DNA from: Octopus bimaculoides | Taxonomy: Eukaryota | Direction of reading: 5' to 3' | Assembly: GCF_001194135.2 (NCBI RefSeq) | Contig: NC_068991.1 | Coordinates: forward strand, 41,091,382-41,155,381 | DNA: 64,000 nt | Part shown: positions 38,292 to 45,203 of the stretch, one piece after another | Layout: each line of letters begins with the position of its first letter | How positions within the stretch are numbered: the stretch's first letter is position 1 | Translations under genes and position numbers: made by a program | The notes under the pieces: model-generated | Seen by the model: only the letters and a program-made list of their open reading frames with translations | The model's database searches: none | Told to the model about the DNA's origin: nothing

Positions 38292-41200
38292 TGTTGCCAT
38301 CCGGTTTCACCAGTCCTCAGTCAAATCGTCCAACCCATGCTAGCATGGAAAGCGGACGTTAAACAATGATGATGATGATGCTGCGTAACATTGCTGTGTA
38401 GTTAAGAAGTTTGCTTCCCAACCATGTAGTTTCAGGTTTATTCCTACTGTGTAAAGCAACAAGTCTCCACCAGGAATCTTATTATATCAGCAGTTGTGAA
38501 CTTGTGCATTTGATTTATGAATGACTTGAGATGTGTTTGTTTAGATCAGATTAGAGAATGTTGGGCTTCAGATGAGATAACTTAATATAAAAAGATTTTG
38601 TATTGTACCAAATAATCTATATCAGCATGAATGGTAAGACAATTTTGAAGCTTATTTATTTTTTGACGATGTTTATTTAAGATTTCTGCATTTTTTTAAT
38701 ATTTCAGGTGAAGCTAATATTTTAGAAATTTTTCAAGTAACAGTGAAGAAAAAGAAACACCCAGTTGCTGGTTGCCTTTGTACAAAAGGAAAATTAATGA
38801 GGAATTTGAAATTCAAAGTTTTACATAATGATGAAGTCATTTTTGATGGTAGGCTGTAATTATGAATATTTCCATTTTATTTATAAATCTGAATAATCAC
38901 TTCTGATATGGAAACCAATCAGATTTGATTCCAACAGTGGACACCATATGCACAAAGATGAAATATCATCATCATCATCATCAGTTAACGTTTGCTTTCC
39001 ATGCTAGCATGGGTTGGACGATTTGACTGAGGACTGGCGAACCAGATGGCTACACCAGGCTCCAATCTGATCTGGCAGAGTTTCTACAGCTGNNNNNNNN
39101 NNGCTACACCAGGCTCCAATCTGATCTGGCAGAGTTTCTACAGCTGGATGCCCTTCCTAATGCCAACCACTCCGAGAGTGTAGTGGGTGCTTTTACGTGC
39201 CACCGGAACAAGGGCTAGTCAGGTGGTGCTGGCAACGGCCACGCTCAAAATGGTGTTTTTTATGTGCCACCTGCACAGGAGCCAGTCCAGCGGCACTGGC
39301 AACGACCTCGCTCGAATGTTTTTTCATGTGCCACCGGCACAAGTGCCAATAGGGCGACACTGGTAATGATCACGCTCAAATGGTGCTATTTACGTGCCAC
39401 TGGCATGGAAGCCAGACAGCTGCTCTGGCAATGATCACACTCGGACAGTGCTGTTAGTGCTTCACTGGCACAGTTGCCAGTCATCGAATTTGGTTCAATT
39501 ACGATTTCGATTTCACTTGCCCCAACAGGTCTTTGGAAGCAGAGTTTAGTGTCCAATGAAGGAGAGGTTGGTATGAGTGCCAGTCGTCGAATTTGGTTCG
39601 ATTTCGATTTCACTTGCCTCAACAGGTCTTCACAAGCAGAGTTTAGTGTCCAATGAAGGAAAGGTACGCATAAGTGGGCTGGCTACACCCCTGGCAGAGG
39701 CCACAAATTATGGTCTCACATGGCTTGCCGGGTCTTCTCACGCACAGCATATTGCCAAAGGTCTCGGTCAGAAGTGATTGCCTCGGTGAGGCCCAATGTT
39801 CGAAGGTCGTGCCTCACCACCTCATCCCAGGTCTTCCTGGGTCTACCTCTTCCACAGGTTCCCTCAACCGCTAGGGTGTGGCACTTTTTCACGCAGCTAT
39901 CCTCATCCATTCTCGCCACATGACCATACCAGCGCAATCGTCTCTCTTGCACACCACAACTGATGCTTCTTAGGTCCAACTTTTTTCTCAAAGTACTTAC
40001 ACTCTGTCGAGTATGCATACTGACATTACACATCCATTGGAGCATACTGGCTTCATTTCTTGCGAGCTTATGCATGTCCTCAGCAGTCACGGCCTATGTT
40101 TCACTGCCATGTAGCATGGCTGTTCGCACATATGAGTCATATAGTCTGCCTTTTACTCTGCAGTTTGATATCTAATTTGATTGTATCCACATTTTTAGTT
40201 GTCCATTTCACCATTTATGCCATCGTAACAGGGGCTTTTGAGAGTCTACTCTGTGGACAACAGAGTGCATGACCACACCAACAGAGGCACCTTTTCAGTA
40301 AGCGTTGTTGAAGGAAACTGATCTAACACCAATGACAAACTTAAGAACTTCAGAAAAAGACTACAAAAACAAAATATTTGGCAAAAGCAAAAGTGGTCTA
40401 ATACTTTCTCTTTTGTAAGTCTACCGCTCTCATTGGCTGTGCAGTACAACAGAATGTAATGTAAACATATGCTTGGTAGATGTAAATGTTTGTGATTGCA
40501 CAGATTTTCAATATAGGCCAAAACTGGCCTTGAAGACAATACTATGGCTTCAGGACCATCCTCTGTAGCACATGTACAATAAGATACCACGGTAGCAGGT
40601 GGTGAAATTGTAACAATCAATTACTGTTGACTCAGTTGTGGTTTTGATTTGATACCTTTTTAGCCAGTCCATCTGGCATTACCCTCTTCTACCAGTTAAT
40701 ATTAATTAGATCAGCCATTGTTGTTGTCTAATTTACCTGCTTCACCGTTGGGTCTTGAAAGGTGTTGGTCATGTACAGTATGGGTTTTTTTCTTTGACCT
40801 TGTTGCCATGGGTAACCTTAACAAGAGTAGCAGACTACTGATGACATTGCTCACAAAATTATATAATGTAGAATAAACTCAGTCTATATCAGGAATTAAC
40901 TGCTAAGATGTTAATGTAAATGATATTAGACATTAACAGCTATAATGTGAGGCAGAAAGAAGTAACAGACTCTACTAATAGGACTTAAACTATGAATCTT
41001 TGCATGTCAGGTAACCAAATTACCATCTGCCCTTGTCATTCAGTTTCCTCAAATTAAGTTCTCACATTTATAGTAACTAATTAGAGGAAACAAAATGGAA
41101 GGCATTCTGTAGTGTAATCAGTAACAATTGCTTAGCAAGTGAATGGTACAGGGTTCAAGTTATGTCAGTAGGCCTACTCTTTTCAGTTTCACATTAGTGC

Positions 41201-41882
41201 TACTAATATTTAATATCATTAGGTGGCAAGCTGGCAGAATTGTTAGTATGTTGGGTAAAATGCTCAGTGGCATTTTGTCCGTCTTTACGTTCTGAGTTCA
41301 AATTCCACCAAGGTTGACTTTGCCTTTCATCCTTTCAGGGTTTATGAGATAAGCATCAGTCGAGCACTGGGATCGATTTAATTGACTTATTCTCTCTCTT
41401 AAACTTGCTGACCGTGTGCCAAAATTTGAAACCAATATTTAATATCATTTAGCTTCAGCTTTGTTTCATCAGTTTACCTTTCATGCATTAAAAAAAACGA
41501 AGTTAAACATTTAGCAATAATTTAAGATGTACCTGAAATAGATCATAATTAATGTAAAGAAATGTATTTATTCCTGTAAAATTCACTACACTTAGAAGAC
41601 ATTATTGCACTTTGCCTCTGACCTCTAAGCTACTTATGCAGCTGTTAAAAGACTTGTGTATTGAAGAATTTCAGTTTTGATTTAATCTTTATGTATTTTT
41701 GTTTTGCAGGAAATATAGCTTCTATGAAGCATTTCAAACATGAAGTCGATACCATCAAAACAGATTTTGAGTGTGGTATTAGTTTAGAAGATTTAACGAT
41801 ACAATTCCAGCGAGGAGATAAACTGATTTGTTATAAAGAAATTCAAAAGCCACAAACTATAAAATGGGATGTAGGTTTTTGA
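11564..41882 (+). CDS. MTIF2: Mitochondrial translation initiation factor IF-2, spliced gene; 16 coding exons, 698 aa predicted
   Basis: Hand-joined exons give one open frame (sum 2097 nt). It has an N-terminal basic/hydrophobic presequence, G1 GHVDHGKT, G2 [11 protein letters not shown]3 DTPGH, G4 NKID, G5 SALK, the KGDVDGS domain III start, and a C-terminal CGISL...WDVGF typical of animal mtIF2. All intron phases match. Confidence 0.96.
12580..12800 (+). mobile_element. SINE family A
   Basis: CACAGCTGTGTGGTAAG...GGGCAAGTG...GAGTGGATTTGGTAGACAGAAACTGAAAGAAG is shared with at least 8 other loci in the window. Confidence 0.75.
13474..13680. mobile_element. piggyBac-like MITE (TTAA target, CCCTT...AAGGG termini)
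   Basis: TTAA|CCCTT start, AAAGGG|CTAA end; about 210 bp, homologous to 15530-15749 and 48564-48783. Confidence 0.7.
13988..14099 (+). CDS. MTIF2: MTIF2 coding exon 2 (LDPVRFK...[14 protein letters not shown])
   Basis: TAG acceptor; [10 protein letters not shown] resembles the IF2 N-domain motif; ends at a non-canonical CAG|GCAAGT donor, phase 1. Confidence 0.88.
15041..15255 (+). mobile_element. SINE family B (tRNA-derived)
   Basis: A-box-like GGTGAGCTGGCA and B-box-like GAGTTCAAATTCC; many copies in the window. Confidence 0.78.
15530..15749. mobile_element. piggyBac-like MITE
   Basis: Intact TTAA duplication (15526-15529, 15750-15753) and CCCTTT/AAAGGG termini. Confidence 0.78.
15984..16046 (+). 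CDS. MTIF2: MTIF2 coding exon 3 (DHVFEALTF...YVNN)
   Basis: TTTGCAG acceptor, G|GTAAGT donor, phase 1-1; continues the K-x-T-D-x-V-x-E-A-L motif of animal mtIF2. Confidence 0.88.
16090..16430 (+). mobile_element. SINE family A head with RTE-type 3' tail
   Basis: Family A head followed by AGGAAGAGCATC...GACCCATGG...CATGAAA, as in 41990-42380 and 49650-49890. Confidence 0.6.
17914..17985. repeat. Perfect 35-bp tandem duplication
   Basis: ATAATAAAGAAACACTAGTTTATAGTGCTGTTTGA x2. Confidence 0.9.
18621..20163 (+). mobile_element. Tc1-family DNA transposon copy 1, DD36E spacing, inactive; contains assembly gap
   Basis: TA target duplication (18619-20, 20164-65) and 31-bp TIR CAG(A/G)GGTTGGACAAAATAATGGAAACACCTT with 1 mismatch. 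Transposase start at 18810, QDDNAPIH...DLNIIE, premature TAG at 20008-20010. Confidence 0.93.
19045..19656. other. Assembly gap (others at 6803-6812, 34219-34228, 37655-38149, 39093-39102, 54007-54065, 55175-55184)
   Basis: N runs. Confidence 1.
20424..20535 (+). CDS. MTIF2: MTIF2 coding exon 4 ([18 protein letters not shown]...DFVR)
   Basis: AAG acceptor after a pyrimidine tract, CA|GTGAGT donor, phase 1-2; resembles the IKEV...GMK...KDAVR segment of vertebrate mtIF2. Confidence 0.85.
21827..22675 (+). mobile_element. Three tandem same-orientation SINE family B copies
   Basis: Copies at about 21827-22040, 22173-22388 and 22478-22675, each with the GAGTTC(A/T)AATTCC core and AAAATTTGAAA end. 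Confidence 0.78.
23958..24118 (+). CDS. MTIF2: MTIF2 coding exon 5 ([20 protein letters not shown]...[11 protein letters not shown])
   Basis: P-loop G1 and switch I G2 motifs of IF2; TAG acceptor, G|GTCAGT donor. Confidence 0.97.
24350..25005 (+). mobile_element. Tc1 (DD34E) transposon relic, 5'-truncated, different family
   Basis: Broken frames give [11 protein letters not shown] and DRAPIH...[15 protein letters not shown] (34 residues between D and E). The 3' TIR-like end GGTGTCCAGATACTTTTGATCACATAGTG is followed by TA. Confidence 0.85.
25173..25349 (+). CDS. MTIF2: MTIF2 coding exon 6 ([12 protein letters not shown]...[14 protein letters not shown])
   Basis: G3 DTPGH motif; CAG acceptor, G|GTATGT donor. 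Confidence 0.97.
26030..26130 (-). mobile_element. Short RTE-like LINE coding fragment
   Basis: Similar to 40030-40125 and 36770-36860. Confidence 0.6.
26620..26669 (+). CDS. MTIF2: MTIF2 coding exon 7 ([17 protein letters not shown])
   Basis: G4 NKxD motif; CAG acceptor, GTAAGT donor. Confidence 0.95.
27886..27975 (+). CDS. MTIF2: MTIF2 coding exon 8 (EKCKRELL...[13 protein letters not shown])
   Basis: G5 SAL motif; TAG acceptor, AG|GTATTG donor, phase 0-0. Confidence 0.95.
28215..28339 (+). CDS. MTIF2: MTIF2 coding exon 9 (GTNLIDL...[14 protein letters not shown])
   Basis: [10 protein letters not shown]...EGxVVES motif; weak GG|GTTTGA donor required by the phase-2 fit to the next exon. 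Confidence 0.92.
30153..30231 (+). CDS. MTIF2: MTIF2 coding exon 10 ([15 protein letters not shown]...AWAK)
   Basis: Domain II ATVIVxxGTL motif; TTTAG acceptor, AG|GTAATT donor. Confidence 0.95.
30922..31110 (-). mobile_element. RTE-like LINE 3' tail copy
   Basis: Near-identical to 38966-39200; (CAT)n end. Confidence 0.8.
31614..31739 (+). CDS. MTIF2: MTIF2 coding exon 11 (VRAMFDERG...[15 protein letters not shown])
   Basis: Matches ORF-track 31614; VRAMFDE and PSTPVEVIG motifs; phase 0-0, donor AA|GTACTA. Confidence 0.95.
32436..32661 (+). CDS. MTIF2: MTIF2 coding exon 12 ([10 protein letters not shown]...LSIVLK), includes the mtIF2-specific insert region
   Basis: TAG/CAG tandem acceptor, G|GTTATA donor, phase 0-1; charged helix followed by SIVLK leading into GDVDGS. 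Confidence 0.92.
33165..33217. repeat. (TA)n microsatellite hosting Tc1 copy 2
   Basis: Direct reading. Confidence 0.95.
33218..34349 (+). mobile_element. Tc1-family DNA transposon copy 2 (same family as 18621-20163), inactive
   Basis: TA duplication (33216-17, 34350-51) and the same TIR. ORF 33407..34168 has HTH, DES and QDDDAP motifs, compensating frameshifts, and a 26-nt deletion in the D-E spacer. Confidence 0.93.
35140..35277 (+). CDS. MTIF2: MTIF2 coding exon 13 ([10 protein letters not shown]...[17 protein letters not shown])
   Basis: Domain III GDVDGS motif; CAG acceptor, G|GTTAGC donor. Confidence 0.96.
35751..36930 (-). mobile_element. 5'-truncated RTE-like LINE (C-terminal coding + long modular 3'UTR + (GAT)n tail)
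   Basis: 36530-36900 is homologous to the RTE C-terminus at 39716-40160; 3'UTR sub-repeats; tail at 35751-35775. Confidence 0.8.
37170..37334 (+). CDS. MTIF2: MTIF2 coding exon 14 (GIIYGFNV...[11 protein letters not shown]...EEIV)
   Basis: IYGFNV and HKVIY motifs; TAG acceptor, G|GTAATA donor, phase 1-1. Confidence 0.96.
38296..38380 (+). mobile_element. Short RTE-like 3' tail copy
   Basis: Reverse complement of 38966-39050, with a 44-bp perfect core. Confidence 0.8.
38708..38848 (+). CDS. MTIF2: MTIF2 coding exon 15 (GEANILEIF...PVAGC...VIFD)
   Basis: C2-domain GEA and VAGC motifs; CAG acceptor, G|GTAGGC donor, 141 nt, phase 1-1. Confidence 0.95.
38966..40160 (-). mobile_element. 5'-truncated RTE-clade LINE, relatively young
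   Basis: ORF 39716..40090 with [13 protein letters not shown] and GRGRPRKTW (RTE C-terminal signature); CpG-rich 3'UTR with sub-repeats; (GAT)n tail. Confidence 0.88.
41221..41433 (+). mobile_element. SINE family B
   Basis: Same core as the other family B copies. Confidence 0.78.
41710..41882 (+). CDS. MTIF2: MTIF2 last coding exon ([10 protein letters not shown]...ECGISL...WDVGF*)
   Basis: SxKHxK and ECG motifs, terminal WDxGF, TGA stop. Confidence 0.96.
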
Positions 41883-41904
41883 GTATATTTATATTGTTAT
41901 TTTA

Positions 41905-41918
41905 AATAAAATAATAAA
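41905..41918 (+). terminator. Candidate MTIF2 polyadenylation signals (AATAAA x2)
   Basis: AATAAA at 41905-41910 and 41913-41918, about 25 nt after the stop. The sequence is AT-rich, so chance occurrence is possible. Confidence 0.5.
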
Positions 41919-41989
41919 CTATATTATTTATATTCTGTTTCAAAGTTTCATCTGAATTAGAAACTGAGGTGTAAAAGGACAAAAAATTA

Positions 41990-42380
41990 TCATCATCAGT
42001 TTAACATCCACTTTTCCATGTTCAGGCAGAATTCATTGAGACAGATTTTTAACAGCTGGATACCCTTCTGTCACCAACCCTCACTTGTCTCCAAGCAAGA
42101 TAAATATTCTCTTAGGGTCACATATGTTTTCATGGCAGATTGGAAATGAACAATACTGTTTTTGTGATACTCATTTAAAATTATAGCATGATATCAGGGC
42201 AAAGTTACGCTCACACACACGCACACATCACTAGCTTCTTTCAGTTTCTATCAAATCCACTCAAGCTTTTGGTTGGCTTGGGGCTGTTGTAGAAGGCACT
42301 TACCCAAGGTGCCATTCAGAGGAATAGAACCTGAAACCACGCAGTTGGTAAGCAAACTTCCTAACCACATAACCATGCCA
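41990..42380 (-). mobile_element. SINE family A head with RTE-type (GAT)n tail
   Basis: Head at 42380-42230, tail ending in GATGATGATG at about 41990; similar to 47825-48230 and 53655-53915. Confidence 0.65.
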
Positions 42381-42599
42381 GTAAGCAAGTCTTTGTAACT
42401 GTTGATTTTGCTTCTCCAATTCATAGTTTGCTTTTCGCCATTGTTCAAATCATTACACCATCTTTGATGAAGTATTTTTCATCTACATCATTATTATACA
42501 AAATTTTCAAGCAGATAATAGCCTGGAAAATCAATTGGAATATGATTTCACTTAGATGATTCAATTGAAGATGTGCTTCCAGCAATAAAATGCTCTATT

Positions 42600-42891
42600 A
42601 TTTTTCTGTTAAGTTTCCTTGCAAGAATCGGTAATACTCTACCTCCACAAAAATGCCACAAAAAATGTGGAAAAAAATCTTCCAAAATTCACTGAGTTCA
42701 AATATCACGCCAAATAATGTCAGAGACAATAACTCAACTGTTTGCAAAGTGAAATCAGGTGTTTGAACGAATGTACTAACGAAATTTGGGTTCAAATATA
42801 CATTTAAATAACAATGGGTACGCTCGGCCAGGTTAGTCTTATGAACCAAAAAAATTTTCGGCCGGCTATGGCCGGGTTAGTAACGAAAGGG
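42600..42891. mobile_element. Possible piggyBac-like element right end
   Basis: Ends GTAACGAAAGGG|TTAA with a CpG-rich subterminal sequence; no left end found. Confidence 0.4.
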
Positions 42892-43282
42892 TTAAAGTAG
42901 AATTTTCATGGTTCATAACCATCATAATACCTGTGCTATTATCATTTCTGAGTAGATCTCCAACCATAGTTAATAGTTTTTAACCTAATCTACTTCTATG
43001 ATAGTTAATACTTACCTGGTTTGTAGCAATAAACCATATAAGAGACCTGATAGGAGAAATTTGGCTATAAAAACAAGTATAATGGTAATGACCATGCCAG
43101 CAATGACTTTACTTCAGCTTTTTTATACAAAAATAGCAGCAATTACATCATAGAACATTCATTCAAGCCATTTCAGAGAAACTGAAATTTACTTTTACTT
43201 TATTTCATGTGGTTTCAAAAGTTTTAGCACACAGCTGCAACCTGTTCACTGATACCAATTCTGTTGAAATGGAATTGTATCA

Positions 43283-43663
43283 GTTGTTGGCACTCCATCG
43301 CTTACAACGTCAAGGGTTCCAGTTGATCCGATCAACGGAACAGCCTGCTCGTGAAATTAACGTGCAAGTGGCTGAGCACTCCACAGACACGTGTACCCTT
43401 AACGTAGTTCTCGGGGATATTCAGCGTGACACAGTGTGACAAGGCTGACCCTTTGAATTACAGGCACAACAGAAACAGGAAGTAAGAGTGAGAGAAAGTT
43501 GTGGTGAAAGAGTACAGCAGGGTTTGCACTATCCCCTGCCAGAGCCTCCTGGAGCTTTAGGTGTTTTCGCTCAATAAACACTCACAACGCCCGGTCTGGG
43601 AATCGAAACCGCGATCCTATGACTGCAAGTCCGCTGCCCTAACCACAGGGCCATTGCGCCTCC
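43283..43663 (-). mobile_element. Young tRNA-derived SINE, apparently full length
   Basis: A-box-like TGGCCCTGTGG, B box GGTTTCGATTCC (43599-43610), many retained CpGs, short CAACAAC tail. Confidence 0.8.
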
Positions 43664-43807
43664 ACTAATTGTATCAGTAATCAGCTTTAAAGTGAATAAA
43701 ATGGCTCTTTCATGATGTAATTGCTTCAGTTTCAACACAATGTCTCAGATTGACAAATCACATGATAGACATGAATAACTACAAAATCCAATAAAAATAT
43801 ATTTTCA

Positions 43808-43813
43808 TTTATT
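43808..43813 (-). terminator. Candidate L2HGDH polyadenylation signal
   Basis: TTTATT on + (AATAAA on -) 58 nt after the stop codon. Confidence 0.4.
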
Positions 43814-43870
43814 CTTTTAACAAAAATTTAACAATTAAAAAAATCTTTGATGTTTTTAGAAATTTTTTTT

Positions 43871-44066
43871 TTATGAATGAATCATATTGTCGACTTGATC
43901 TGCAACAATCCTTGAAATAGCCAGAGACGATGTAGCAGCCGGAGAGGGAGCATTACGTACATGAAGGATCCGTTTAGACATATCACCAGTGCCGCTGTCA
44001 AATACAAAATCATCTACCAAATTGCCATCCTTGTCCAAAGCTTGAGCTCTCACACCAGATGGTCCT
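43871..44066 (-). CDS. L2HGDH: L2HGDH last exon ([11 protein letters not shown]...[13 protein letters not shown]...IHS*)
   Basis: ORF-track 43871..44053; C-terminal family motif; TAA stop. Confidence 0.97.
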
Positions 44067-45131
44067 CTGGGATAAAAGTAAACAACAAATCAAAACAAAT
44101 GATGCAAAAAGGGAATTAAAAGTAAAAGTATATTTCTTAATGGCATTGATGTTTTATCCTACCTATGTTACACAGTTCTTGCTGCATTTGACAATCTAAG
44201 ACTAATTTCAGAATACTGCAGGACAGATCCTAAGACCAAAGTACCATGTAAAAAGCACCCAGTACACTCTGTAAAATGGTTGGCATTAGGAAAGGCATCC
44301 AACCATAAACCAAGCCAAAACAGACTATGGAACCTGGTGTGGCCCCTGGCCTTGCCAGTTCTTGTCAAGTTGTCCAACCCATGCCAGTATAGGAAATAGA
44401 CACTAAATGTTGATGATGATGATACTAATTTATGTAGTGTATTTAGAAAAAGTCATCTTCAATGCAGAAAATGATATGATTTAATATAAAAAAAGCAAAT
44501 TATTTTTTTGTTGTTCAAAATTTGCAATTAGCTATTTTAAAATAATGATGTTCTAGACATCTTTCTTCTTGTGACTGTTTCTAAATGTAAGTGGTTATAA
44601 AAATTGAAAGAACCAATGAAAGATGATTAGAAGAATTCAATCGAAACAGTACCTAGTGTTTAAACATCATTCGTCAGAATTAGGTTTCTTAAGTTTTAAA
44701 ACTTTTTCATTAGTTTCCAATGCAGACTGATTACCATGGCAAATGTATTGCATTTAAAGGAAATCTTAGGGATCACACTAGCACAACTGTTTAGCAGTTT
44801 GAAAAGATTTCCAGTGGATTTTGTTTTAAAGACATTGATTTCTATCATAAGCACAAGGTAAAATACATCTACCAAGTACTTGAATGGTATTTATTTTATT
44901 ATAAGTATGAACAACAAAGTCAACCATGATAGGATTTGAACTCAGAACACAAAAATATTTTGTTTATCACTCATTCCTGCCAAACCTCACACTTCTGTAC
45001 AGTTTCTATCTATCAAATTTCACTCACAATGTGCTGGCCAACCCAAAATCTCTGACAGAAGACATTTGCCTACAGGGCCACATGGTGGGATTCCAGAAGT
45101 ACGTGGTTGCAAGTTGCACTTAACAACTGAA

Positions 45132-45203
<72 letters not shown>

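Noticed and set aside
39049-39146. Apparent 44-bp direct duplication inside the RTE tail
   Set aside because: The identical 44-mers sit either side of a 10-N gap, the signature of unmerged overlapping contig ends.
43590-43663. tRNA-like sequence on the - strand
   Set aside because: It has A/B boxes but no acceptor-stem closure and continues into a SINE body, so it is a SINE head, not a tRNA gene.
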